64,000 nt of DNA, taken from the NCBI GenBank assembly GCA_040954595.2, contig CM082596.2, positions 9,003,124 to 9,067,123 on the forward strand, read 5' to 3'. Shown here piece by piece: positions 12,056-23,910 of the stretch. Under the pieces are notes generated by a model, which was not told the DNA's origin, did no database searches, and saw nothing but the letters and a program-made list of their open reading frames with translations. The DNA is from Balanoglossus misakiensis. Lineage: Eukaryota; Animalia; Hemichordata. How positions within the stretch are numbered: the first letter of the stretch is position 1; each line of letters opens with the position of its first letter. The position numbers and the translations under genes are program-made.

Positions 12056-13047
12056 TTTCGTCAATTTCTGGTGTCTGGCAGCAGTTACCATATGATGAAA
12101 TTCCAGCAGCGTTCAAAGAGAATAGAATAGCTTCGTATCAAAATGACTTCTACGTACATTTTGTCACTGGGACTTGGCTTTTAGTTCACGTATTTTGTGA
12201 ATTGGGAAAGACTTCAATGATTATAAGCCACAATACATCTTAACTGCGCCTTCGAAAAGATATTCAACGCCAAGTACAACAGTCTGGCATGCTTATATCC
12301 CGGCCAACCCTCCTATTCTTTGTCCGAAAATGTTTGTACCATTATCAGGATCCAAGCTTCAAGCAGATAAACTATATTTTAGGCCTAAAGCAATTTTAAC
12401 TAAGCCGCAACTTTTATCCGCTATACAGTAAAACCACGCAATCTTCGAATTGGTTGCAAGAAAAAAAACGCCGGTACCAACTAACGCATACTAAACCCTA
12501 GACTTGCTCCAAGTCTTATATGGGCTTCATTATGTGTAGGGAACGCGTACGCCCATAATTTAAAAACCGTCAAGCGACTAGTGGGCTAGTCTAACTAAAC
12601 CCGTAAATGTACAGTAAATCCGAAGTAATTCTGAATTTGTACATGGAAAACAGTCGACATACCTGATTGACAGGAAAATAGAAGTCTCTGTGCTGTTCGG
12701 CGCTCCAGGTCTAAATGAAAAATACTCTCGGCTCTAGGGCTTATTATAAGCAGTTAACATCGCTTATAATTCTATTGATAAACTGGACTTGTTGAAAGAA
12801 GCTACCCGCACTAGTGTCCTTAAAAGGCATCGGATATGCGGATATGTAAATGAATGTTTTTGCCGACCTGTCATTTTGTTAATGGGCTTTACGGAGGCGG
12901 CGTGCAAAACAACGGATTCAGAAATTGTAGATTTCTGACAATTAGCAGATCATTACAACCCCCCCCCCCCCGAAAAAATCTGAACACCCATTATTTAGGG
13001 GTTAATCTCTATAACGGATATTGACTGTTTTGTTTTAGAGATAAACA

Positions 13048-14330
13048 CACATCCTAAATCCACACTCAACTAAAACAAAAGAAAATGCATTTTGTTTTGT
13101 AAATTGGCATATTAGATGTAAAGGTTATAAAGGCATAGCCATAAACCCACTGGAAATCATCAATCACTTGAATGTGGCATTTGTGATATTATTTCTTTGC
13201 CTAGCAAAACATTAAATTCTGTGCCTTTCAAAACATTGAACAAAAGTAAACACAAAACACCATTTCCGTCTGACCTTTGTGATATTTGTCTTGTGCCTTG
13301 CAAAACATTAAATAGTACCCTCAGGATCATCGCTTTTCAATACAAAAGTAAACGAATCTCTTATATTTAGAAGTTAGAGAATAAATCAATCATAGAATGT
13401 TGACATGGTATCACTCTGATGTGTGTATTTTGTTGCCTCACCACTTGCATGTAAAACAACACAACATATTTGACTGTATGACTGACAGAAGGGATACATT
13501 TTGTTAATACTTTTCGAGTATATTCCATATTGATATACATGTACATGTATAGCTTTTCGGCGTTAAGATTAGAGAGAAGAGATTCTCCAAAATGCATATG
13601 AGATCGTATTACGGTTAAATCCCGGTGAGGGGTATAAAAGGCCCGAAAATCATCCTTTTAACCTGCACGATATATGTTTGTTATGACACCACAAAGTATT
13701 TATTTCTTCATTATATTGGGACACATGGCAAAATCGAAACAAGCAATTGTCCCGGGTTCGATTCCCGGCCAACGCATGTATTTTTTTGCAGAAAACATGT
13801 ATGTTGGGCAAGAATTGGGACACATGGCAAAATTAGACTGTCGACAGTCCCTCGCGCCTAATGTGTATCGATTCGGCGTTTCGTGCGAGGGCCGTAAGGC
13901 CCGTATCTTTTGAAGGCCGAAGGGCCGATTCGGCGTTTCGTGGTGCGAGGGCCGTAAGGCCTGAGGGACTGTTATAGCTTGTTTCGCCCTCACACGGCAT
14001 TGTGGGGAAATTCACCTGTAACGCAACTGGCTTTAGTTCGGGACATGAAAACATTAGTCTCGGTTACCCAGACCCCCCTGCTTCTTCCGGCACTCCAGAA
14101 AGAGATAGGGGTACTACGCGCGTCTCGAGCCTGAATGTCAACTATTTGGAGACCCGTTGACCTGCCATATGAGTTGCATCAATCATGTAACACGTGACTG
14201 TAGTCCCTCTCGAGATAGTGGCGTGGATGGCTCCCTACTTACTCTCCGACCTGCCATATATGTTGTTCGGAGACTCTCTGACCTGCCATATTTGTTGGCT
14301 CTATTAAATTGGGGTTATCGTCACGTAATA
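13048..14330 (+). repeat. Copy 2 of the direct duplication; includes the left ends of all three nested transposons
   Basis: Matches 1182-2441 and breaks off at tcacgtaata inside the foldback TIR. Confidence 0.95.
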
Positions 14331-14339
14331 CTGAGTAAT

Positions 14340-16105
14340 AATGAGTTACGCAAGTAAGTTACAGGTGGCCCCAGGAATTTAGCATTTCAGGACGCAGAGG
14401 GTCCTACCCTACCCCTCCAAACACCTGGCTATATATGATGTGCATGCTAACATATGGAAAGCAGGTCAATGGACACCTGAGGTCACCCAAATATTTGACA
14501 AAAAATTTTCATTCCTGTTTATGTCATGTGCAACAAATCCTACATTTGCAGCCCTTTCACTTTGCCTACCATTAGGTATGCACGTAATACATGAATCAAG
14601 CGGGTGTCACAGGTATCCCCCTGTATTTGGCATTTCATGATAGTTTCATCCCTCCAAATACCAAAGCTGCACCTGTACAACGTGCTGAGATATGGCACTG
14701 TACGACAGAGGTCATCCAAATCACCTTATACATTTGGGCAAAAACGAACTGACACTTACATTCGTCCCTGTGGAACAAAAACCACATATATCGCCCTGTT
14801 GGTTAGTGTAAAATTAAATGTACAAAATCAATGACTTAGGCAGGTGCAACAGGTGACCCCGCCTTTGGTATATCATTATGGTCCCATCCGTATATCCCCC
14901 CCCCCCCACGCCAAAGCTGCATGCATCTGCTGTTATTCACTAAGCAAAAGAAGGTGAAATGTCACATAAGGTCGCCCACAACTTGACAGGAAAATCGGAC
15001 TTCATATTGATCCATGTGCAACAAATACCACGCTAGCATCCCTTTCATTGACCCCACAATTACGCATGCACATAATTGAGTTACGCAGGGGTCACAGGTG
15101 ACCCCCGAATCGGGCGTATTATTTTGGTCCCATACAGCTGCATGAAGCTGCGTGCCATTACGGGCGACCTGATAACCCCCACGGCCACCTGCGGGCCGAA
15201 CCCCATACCGAACGTCCAGTTGCAACGTCACGACTGAAGTAGGAACTTTTGAACGGCAACGAAGCCTGATCTCTGATTATTGCTGGTCCATCCTCCCTTC
15301 GTGCAATAAAATCACTGGTCTGCTTACGTATTTCGGCCAATTTCCCGAACTACTATCCACTACATGTGACTACCATGCTATTAATGAAACCTCCAACAAC
15401 ATTAGCGACTGAGGGTTAAAGTCCGCTGCCGCATTACATTGAATGTTAACCAGTGTAGCCGGGTCTGCGTAGACACATTTGAACGGCAACAGCTAACAAA
15501 CTCAGCGTAATTCAATAAAACGCCCTAACACAGCCTGAACTCCGATAATGTGTTGTCCCAAAATTCATTCCGTGGAAAATAATCACTGGTCTGTTTACGT
15601 ATTTCAGCCGATTTTCCAAGGACTACTGCAACCCACCAGAAGTGAGTACATGTACCCTGCTAATGAGATCTCCACAACATTACATAATGACGGTCAAAGT
15701 CCGATGCCCTAGTGTTCATCCTCAGCCCACCAAAAAATGCGAAAAATATTACAAAAATCTTCTTCTCAAAATCGACGTGGCCTAGGACCTTGAAATTTGG
15801 CACAGGGGATTTTGGTCATATGGTATACAAAGTTTGAGAAAAGAATTTAAATGCCGCCATTAACGTGCAAATAAGGTCAATTTGAAAATTTCGCTCGATT
15901 ATAGCCACCAAGTCACGTGACTAATTACAAATTCAAAGGGCAGGTGCACAAGTACTCATGGGCCCCAACCACCGTGCCAAATTTCATAGGCGTAGGTCCA
16001 GGGATTTTGATAAAAACGGGAGCAAAAAAACGACTCAAGAAGAAAGAAGAAAAACTCCAGCAATAACAGAAGGGGACCAAGCGCCCCCAGGCGCATGGTC
16101 CCCTA
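14340..16105 (+). mobile_element. Degenerate Helentron/HINE-like repeat: diverged tandem units and a 3' hairpin
   Basis: Diverged units resembling those at 22467-23400 (cacaggtgacccc, gaggtcacccaaa); terminal hairpin GGGGACCA..TGGTCCCC followed by TAAT at 16072-16107. Confidence 0.5.
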
Positions 16106-16961
16106 ATGATTCTTTTATATTTAATGGTTCACCATGGAGGGCGCAACGTAACGCTAACGTTTACAAAGTACAGAATCATGGAGAACATTCCAAAACTATT
16201 TTTCGTCGAGCACAGTGACTTTGAAGAATAAACACGTATACGTATACGTATTCAGTAGAATTGAAGGGGTGCACAGAGATTCCCACTGCACAAGCACTAA
16301 TCATCACTGGTTGCCTAACGCACGTACGTGTGTGTTTTACAGTGGAAGGCGATATGCAGACTCGTGAATGGTAATGTTTCTCATGAGGGACGGCTGGAGA
16401 TCTTCCACAATGCCCAATGGGGATCCGTATGCGACGATGATTTCAGTCAGAGAAATGTGGAGGTTGTTTGTCAGCAACTTGGATATAAGTAAGTTCCGTT
16501 ACTTGGCCACTTCGCTTGTAACTTGAACTCAAAGGGAAATTTAGTAGAATGTAGAATATTCATAGTAAAAGTAATTTAGCCTACCCGATGGTGTATCTGT
16601 ATGTCGAATTTGTCAGTGCCTGAGTAGTTGATCCACGCTCGCCAGGCAGAATTACTGTGGACTACAATTATTGCAAAATGATTGCAAATCTAGAACTCTT
16701 TAGTGAAATACGGTGTATTGACAATTCTATATACGAGCTTATGAACTGCTTTTCAAGCTCAGAACACTTTTTGGAATAGAATATTTTTTAGTGTCCCATC
16801 GCTCAGCTGGCACTGAGAACGATGACGTAATTGGAAAGTGTAGATATTTATGTACATTGATTTAGGATTTTGGCTATATTTATGATATTTTTTTTTGTAA
16901 ATTGACATATAAATGTGTTTACGTACATGGGTACATTAAAGTTTATGTGAAAAATCAAGGC

Positions 16962-17090
16962 TCTCTCTCTCTAACTCTCTCTCTCTGTGAACGTGTCTGT
17001 CTGTCTCTGTCTCTCTCTTCAACCTCCAACGCTCTCTTCAACTCTCTGTCTCTCGCCCTGTCTGTCTCTCTTTTTCTCTCTCATTCTCTC
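16962..17090. repeat. Degenerate (CT)n microsatellite in an SRCR intron
   Basis: CT/CTGT runs. Confidence 0.85.
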
Positions 17091-17216
17091 CACCTGTATG
17101 TGCCCGCTCAACCGTTTACATCTGTCTGTAAACGCAAAACGAATTCATTCACAGGCCAGGAATATTCAGAAGCAGCGCCGCCTATGGGGAGGCCGAAGCG
17201 AACATATGGCTTGATC

Positions 17217-17329
17217 CAATCTGATTAAAATCAGATGTAGGGAACGGCGACTTGTTTTTTTTATGCTGTCGCCTCACACAGCATAAAAATCCAAGTCGCC
17301 GTTCCCTACATCTGATTTTAATCAGATTG
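17217..17329. mobile_element. 113-bp palindromic MITE with a 9-bp TSD inside an SRCR exon
   Basis: Perfect TIR CAATCTGATTAAAATCAGATGTAGGGAACGGCGACTTG; TSD GGCTTGATC at 17208-17216 and 17330-17338. Confidence 0.93.
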
Positions 17330-17577
17330 GGCTTGATCAAGTGAAGTGCACCGGATCAGAAACCAAGCTTTCTTCTTGCCCTCACAGCAGCTGGGGAACC
17401 AATGATTGTAAACACCATGAAGACGTTGGCATATTATGTAAAACCACTGGTGTGCATAACATCTAAACTCAACTTGGACATAATCTTTTATTCGGTTGGT
17501 ATTTTGATGAAGAGGGACACAGACTGAATAGAATAATAGAGACATACACAGACGCAGTTAGTCAGAGGTAATATGGG

Positions 17578-17720
17578 CAACCTGATTAAAATCATATGTA
17601 CATTATGGCGACCTCTTTTACTTGCGCGGTCGGTATTCTCACGCTGTCACCTAAGTGTGGGGCGACAGCATAAGACTTCCGTACCGCGCAGGTAAGAGAC
17701 ATCCGATTTTAATCAAATTG
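17578..17720. mobile_element. Older related MITE (CAAYCTGATTAAAATC termini)
   Basis: CAACCTGATTAAAATC..GATTTTAATCAAATTG; degenerate 9-bp TSD TAATATGGG/GAATGTGGG. Confidence 0.7.
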
Positions 17721-20700
17721 GAATGTGGGATACTAGCAGACGACATCAGGCAATATTTGTAAAACCACCAAATGTTCCATTATTTTCAGAGGAACACGAT
17801 GTTCGCCTTATCGGGGGCAGTACTATGCTGGAAGGCCGATTGGAAATAATGCACGATGGGAAATGGGGAACAGTTTGTGATGACGAGTTTGACAGCAAAG
17901 ACGCGTCAACTGTCTGCAAACAGTCAGGATACAGGTACTGTGGTCCAATTCATGTATTTGAGAACGAGGGAGGGAGTGGGAGTAGATTGAAAGAGAGTAA
18001 ATTGTGGATAATTTTGAATGGGGTCTATAAGACGCGCGCCCTCACAGAAAGCTGTACATTATCAAGTAGGCATACATGCTCTTTAATTTTTGAAACAATT
18101 GGATGACCTTTCGGAGCGTCGTTTAGTCTTCAGCAGCTATTTTTTGTAGGTCACCGATTGTTTTTCCCGCGTCAAGGTCGTATTTCTTTCTCATTTTGAT
18201 TTTTTATCACTAAGTCTTTTTTATCTTGTACATCGACGAGCATTGTGTAATAATTCTCAAAAAATGTTTATTCGCAAATATTCTGTATTCTTTTCTATTT
18301 CCGACGACAAAACATAAAGTGGTGGAACGGTTAAAGATACAGCCGTCTACGGTGAGGGCGATGGGACAATATATCGTTGGACGACGTTGAATGCATCGAT
18401 GAAGAAACCAATCTGGCTGACTGTGAACACGCTGGGTGGGGACGACATGACTGTGAGCACAGTGAGGATGTGGGCGTTGCGTGCGCAGCTCCGGACCCGT
18501 GAGGTGACGTCACGACCTTCTGCTGCTGCTTTATTCATATTGCCAGTCACCTACACCTCTTCGAGGGCTCCAGTGTCAAACAGTGTCGTGTTACCACAAA
18601 CGAGCGGACACCAGAGCAGCACGTGTGGTTCCCGGTTTTTTTTTCAACCATGCAAGTCTCATATTCATAAATCAGGTCAAAAGACTGGGAGCCGGCCTGT
18701 AACAGTGTGTCAATCGACACGAAGTAAAATAGCTGGGGCAGTGCTTGGCACATAATTCGGTCTGTATTCCACTCGCAGATCGGCTACCTTTATCACACTT
18801 GCCCCTAGACACACGAATGACACTGAAACTCATTTTTTCTTCTTTCCGGCCTGGTCGGAACCGCCCAATCTGGCGTCACTACAAGGGAACGGGCATGACC
18901 ACAGACTTTCCAAAAGAAACAACTATAAAGGAATGATAAACATACTCATGTATAATCACTTGAGGAATATTAAATCGTAGCAATTTCTTGATATCCCCAT
19001 TGATTACTTTAGATTGTTAACCAGTTAAAGATACCTAAACATTCAAGTTGTTTTGTTATCTTTTTCGATATTATACGGAAGTTATTCTGAAAAACAAATA
19101 AAACAAGCATGGAAAATGTGACTGGTGTTTTTGCCTTCAAAATAACCCTGCATGGCGGCAAAAATTGGCAACATTTTCCGTGTATGCCAAAATGTTTAAT
19201 TCCGAAACCGTAAATTTAGCGTGCTAAAGATTAAATGACAATCGGTGCAACTTTAATAGTTACGTGTCATTCGAAGAAGTTACTGATGTATCGGTGGAAC
19301 AGAAATCGGCCTATGTGACGCAGACTTTCACACAGACAGACTGGGTAACACACGCCAGGCTTATGTATATGTTAGTATCATGAATATTGAGTCATCCATT
19401 CTTGTTTCGCCATTTCCATAGACGTTTTAGCAAAAGACTTCCTTTGGTGATATATAGAGGGGATTGAGCCAAACCCCCCCCCCCCCCGCCCCAAATTAAC
19501 AAAATCTATACAAGGAGAATACCATATTAATTTGGAGTATAGTAACCAATAGGTTTTCTTATCCTTTTACCTGCCAGGATTTTAGAAAAAGCCTCTTTTC
19601 TTGTTTTGACGAAACGCCAACGTGAAAGTCCACTGTGAATTTCGTTTGATTATTTCCCGACGCTGTCTAAACGACCACGTTTCAACAGAAACTGCTGTAG
19701 ATGTGAGTTTGGGTTGTATATGAGTTCGTATCATTATCAGAATTAACCTGATGTACACCATAGTACAGGGTCCTTGTGCCGAGTTTATAGACAGGGATCA
19801 AGCCGTCGCTTTGTATCGAACATTCCATTATGAGTCAAAGTATTATTCATACAGAATGTGGTCAAAATACATATGCTTTTACAACCATTACTGACCTCCA
19901 GCCCGAAATTAATACGGATAAAGCATCTAAAGGAAATTGAATATCTTTTGATAGATAATTCTACCCATTAGAAACCTTCACAATTTTCAAATTATCTGCT
20001 TTTAGAGATTTCATTGAAATTTATACTTGCCACTATTATGGTAATTTTCTAGAGTGCCTTCTTATTATATTCCTTCTTTTCTGTAGCAAATATCCTATGA
20101 TTGATGACGTCAAGGTTTCAACAATATCACATCTCCTGTTAATAGTTGCTTGAAGTAAACATTTACAATATCACGTGACCACTCGTATATATTAAGCCAT
20201 AGATGTTATCGATGGCGATATTCACATCGACATACCGGTAATAAGTGCAGAAGATTTACACATTAACACCTGTTAACAAAGGTGACTAATATTGTTACAG
20301 ATATAGATATGGTTATTAACGGTACAATACACGTGACCGTTCGCACAAGTTTTGCCATAGATGTTATCGATGGAGATATTCATGCTGATATACCGATGGT
20401 AGGCCTAATTGTAAAAAAATTGCACAACAGGTTCAGCTAAAAGGTCCGCGTTTGGGCATTTACATCCGACGTAAATTGAACAACAACAACAACAACAAAC
20501 AGCTCCGGTATTTACAAACCACAGATTATAAAGAAAGCGAAAGTGTTCCTAAACAGTGTCAATATTCACACAACTGAAATAAATGTATTTTATTAATCAC
20601 CGATGTTGCGCTTTGGCGCCCTGGCATCCACCGCAATAACTTTTCCTGAGGCAAGACAATGATGTCCGTGCTAGTTTCCATTGAGAGCACACTTTCCAGT

Positions 20701-20861
20701 CGCAAATGGTCATTTCGATTAAAGGGGTCGTGTCTGTGGTGGTCTTTAAGATTTGAGGCACCTAAACCAAGTATTATGCAAATAATGCTTTGTCCCACAA
20801 AACGAACGAACGTGCGTGCGTGCGTAGTGATATGTTCATACAAACTGCCTACAAGTGGTCT

Positions 20862-21943
20862 TCACGGGTCGTGTGGCGACTTAGCTGCGATGTGGTCGAC
20901 GTGTGCGGGAATACACCGTCGTTTGTGTTCGGGCTGACTTGGGTTATTATTTTGACGGCGCAAGACTTTTCTCAGGGCTCACCTCATTACCGTCGATCTC
21001 AGCGTGTATACCACCGGGTTGATCGCGCTGCCCATAAAACCCACTGAGTAAAAAAAATGGATTTGGAATGGGTCTCTGCCTCTGTACTTGGTCGTGACCA
21101 GATTCAAAAAGTATGAAATCGTAAACGGCATGTACAGTATGACGAAGGCCACGACGATGATCACGCAAATGCGAGTGGTCGCAATGTTTCGGCCGCTGTA
21201 ACTTGCGCCGTCGGAGTGGGCGTGGACAGTCGCGACGGCTTGCTTAGTCAAGCAATAAATCTTCAGGTACGACACTGTGATGACGAAACTCCCGACAAGG
21301 ATCAGAACTGGGAGGACGCCCGACACGCTCTGTTCGACGGCCCCTTCCCGGGCGTAGAAGCGCAGGCAGGTCCTGGCCGAGCCCTGGGCGATGGTTTACT
21401 AGCCGTACCCGAGTCCGAACGAGCAACTGGCGGCGATGCAACCGGCCACCAAACACGACTGGCGGCGCGCTGAAAGATTGCCGGCGATAACAACAGCCCG
21501 CGTCACGCTTATCGTTATCAGGCTCGCCAGAGATGCCGCTATGGAGGCGTTGAATCCGAACAGCTGGACGTTGCACAGCACGCCGGTCAAAGAAGAGCAA
21601 ATCTGGTAGGAGCCTCTCAGTGCACTCACAGTGGAATGCAAGCGAACGGGGGCAAATATGACGCAGACCAGGAGGTCCACGACTGCCTGGGAAACAAGCT
21701 GATATTCGGGGGAATCCGCAGCTTCTTGCAAGTACACACCAACGCGATCACCACGGAGTTGCCGACCCCGCCTATGATTAATGTCGTGAGTAGGATAACT
21801 ACACTGGCATACAGGAGAAATTTGTCCACCAGTCCATCGACGTTAAAGAACGGCGTGCCGCTGTCATCGATTATCACGATGGAGGCATTTGACAGCTTTC
21901 CGAAGTCGTCACAGTCCGACGATATCGATAGGTTTGAATTCAT
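20862..21943 (-). pseudogene. Intronless rhodopsin-family (class A) GPCR pseudogene
   Basis: TM1 GN motif (IGGVGNSVV), TM2 AVVDLL, TM6 FVILYMP, TM7 NPVVY; frameshift near 21710, in-frame TAG-TAA at ~21396-21401, TGA at 20979-20981; hydrophobic helices split over three ORFs. Confidence 0.88.
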
Positions 21944-22389
21944 CGCGCGGACTTATAGTGTGTGTGAGTCCACGTACGTCTGGTGCATGGCAGGTGCGTG
22001 CTTGCCAAGTTCCGTCAATCAATACTTCCACGAAATGCGCGAAATCTCCCGTTCTGAAGTTTTTTGAGGCATTGATTGCACAAGGCAACTGGACGCACAC
22101 CGAACAGTTATCACGAGTTGCACTTCGAGTTGTCCGTCAAGTTGCCTGCCGAGTTGCCTCGTTTTAGTGAGGACGTAGACTGAGAATAAAGATGACACGC
22201 CCACATCTTACACACCGTGTGGTGTCCAATGGGTGGGTGTAATTTCTCACATTTTTGCGAGAACTGCGCAAAATCGTAACGCGCGTCAAACAGATTTTTC
22301 AGCCATAAAAAAAATAGCGTCAAGGACACTGTGGTCCCATTTGAGGATTATGCGGAAACAGTGACACACCAGAATAAAAATTACAGGTG

Positions 22390-23910
22390 ACATTGCAAGC
22401 AGATCTGCAAGCAGCAATATCGGGCCCAAGCCAACATAGCACATAGCAACATAGCAATAAGCATATCTGCTCTGGATGCCAAGATATGGAAAAGTAGGTC
22501 AAAGGTCACTTGAGGTTATGCAAAATTTGGGCAAGAAATTTTGACCCTATACTGGTCCATGTTCAACAAAAACCAAACCTATAGCCCTATTGGTTAGCCT
22601 GGAATTAGGTATGCACATAATTAATGAGATATGCAGGTGTCACAGGTGACCCCAAATTTTGGCTTTTCAATTTTAGTCCCAACCCTCCAAACGCCAAGTC
22701 TGTACCTGCTCTGGATGCCAAGATATGATAAAGTAGGTCAAAGGTCACCTGAGGTCATGCAAAATTTGGGCAAGAAATTTTGACCCTATACTGGTCCAGG
22801 TTCAACAAATACAAAACCTATAGCCCTATTGGTTAGCCTGGAATTAGGTATGCACATAATTAATGAGATATGCAGGTGTCACAGGTGACCCCCAATTTTG
22901 GCTTTTCAATTTTAGTCCCAACCCTCCAAACGCCAAGTCTGTACCTGCTCTGGATGCCAAGATATGATAAAGTAGGTCAAAGGTCACCTGAGGTCATGCA
23001 AAATTTGGGCAAGAAATTTTGACCCTATACTGGTCCATGTTCAACAAAAACCAAACCTATAGCCCTATTGGTTAGCCTGGAATTAGGTATGCACATAATA
23101 AATGGGATATGCAGGTGTCACAGGTGACCAATATTTTGGCTTTTCAATTATAGTCCCAACCCTCCAAACGCCAAGTCTGTACCTGCTCTGGATGCCGGGA
23201 TATGGGAAAGTAGGTCAAAGGTCACCTGAGGTCACCCAAAATTTGGGCAAGAAATGTTGACCCTATACTGGTCCATGTCCCACAAGAACGAAACCTCTAG
23301 CCCTCTTAGTTAGCCCAGAATTAGGTATGCACATAATTAATGTGTTAAGCAGGTGTTACAGGTGAGCCCAAAATTTTGCCTTGTATTTTGGCCCCATTGT
23401 GCTCACTGACCAATAGACTTCACTGTACAGGACTATTGCACAGACCAGAATTCCACGATAAGACGTGGACATAGCTTAACCATAGAGGTATAAGTAAAGG
23501 TATAAATTTAATAAAAAGACTAACAAATTCATAAAAAATAAAACATCGATGATATTAACTTAACACTTACAGGTCGATGTGAGGTTGACATATGGTACAT
23601 GCATACCAATTTTTAAAGCAATCTGACGAGTAGTTGTTGACTTACAGAGTTTTGATAAATTTCACATTTTTCCAGCTAATTTGCATATTTTTGGGCCTGG
23701 CAACTTCGTTTGGACAAACTCTCATCTACAGCCCAGCCTTCACCTACACACCAAATATTGAGGTGATACGCGCAGCGGTTTTCAAGTTTTTGATGTGGAC
23801 GGACATACAGACATACATCCATCCATACATCCATACATCCATACATACATACAGACGCAACCGATCCCATAAGGTCCCATGGTATATATGCCTATACCAA
23901 TGGGACCTAA
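22390..23910 (+). mobile_element. Helentron/HINE-like non-autonomous element: internal 239-bp tandem array, (ACAT)n tract, 3' hairpin
   Basis: Units start at 22467, 22706, 22945, 23183; ACAT/CCAT microsatellite ~23800-23855; hairpin AGGTCCCAT-GGTATA..TATACC-AATGGGACCT at 23872-23908. Left boundary approximate. Confidence 0.6.

Larger units (their letters stand above)
16343..18498 (+). pseudogene. Pseudogene with two SRCR (scavenger receptor cysteine-rich) domains
   Basis: Exons 16343-16488 (RLVNG..EGRLEIFH..WGSVCDD..VVCQQLGY), 17155-17449 (IWLD|QVKCTGSE..C.HHEDVGILC, interrupted by a MITE), 17790-17934 (VRLIGG..EGRLE..WGTVCDD), ~18320-18498 (LDDVEC..HSEDVGVAC, 2-nt frameshift near 18370). 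Confidence 0.88.
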
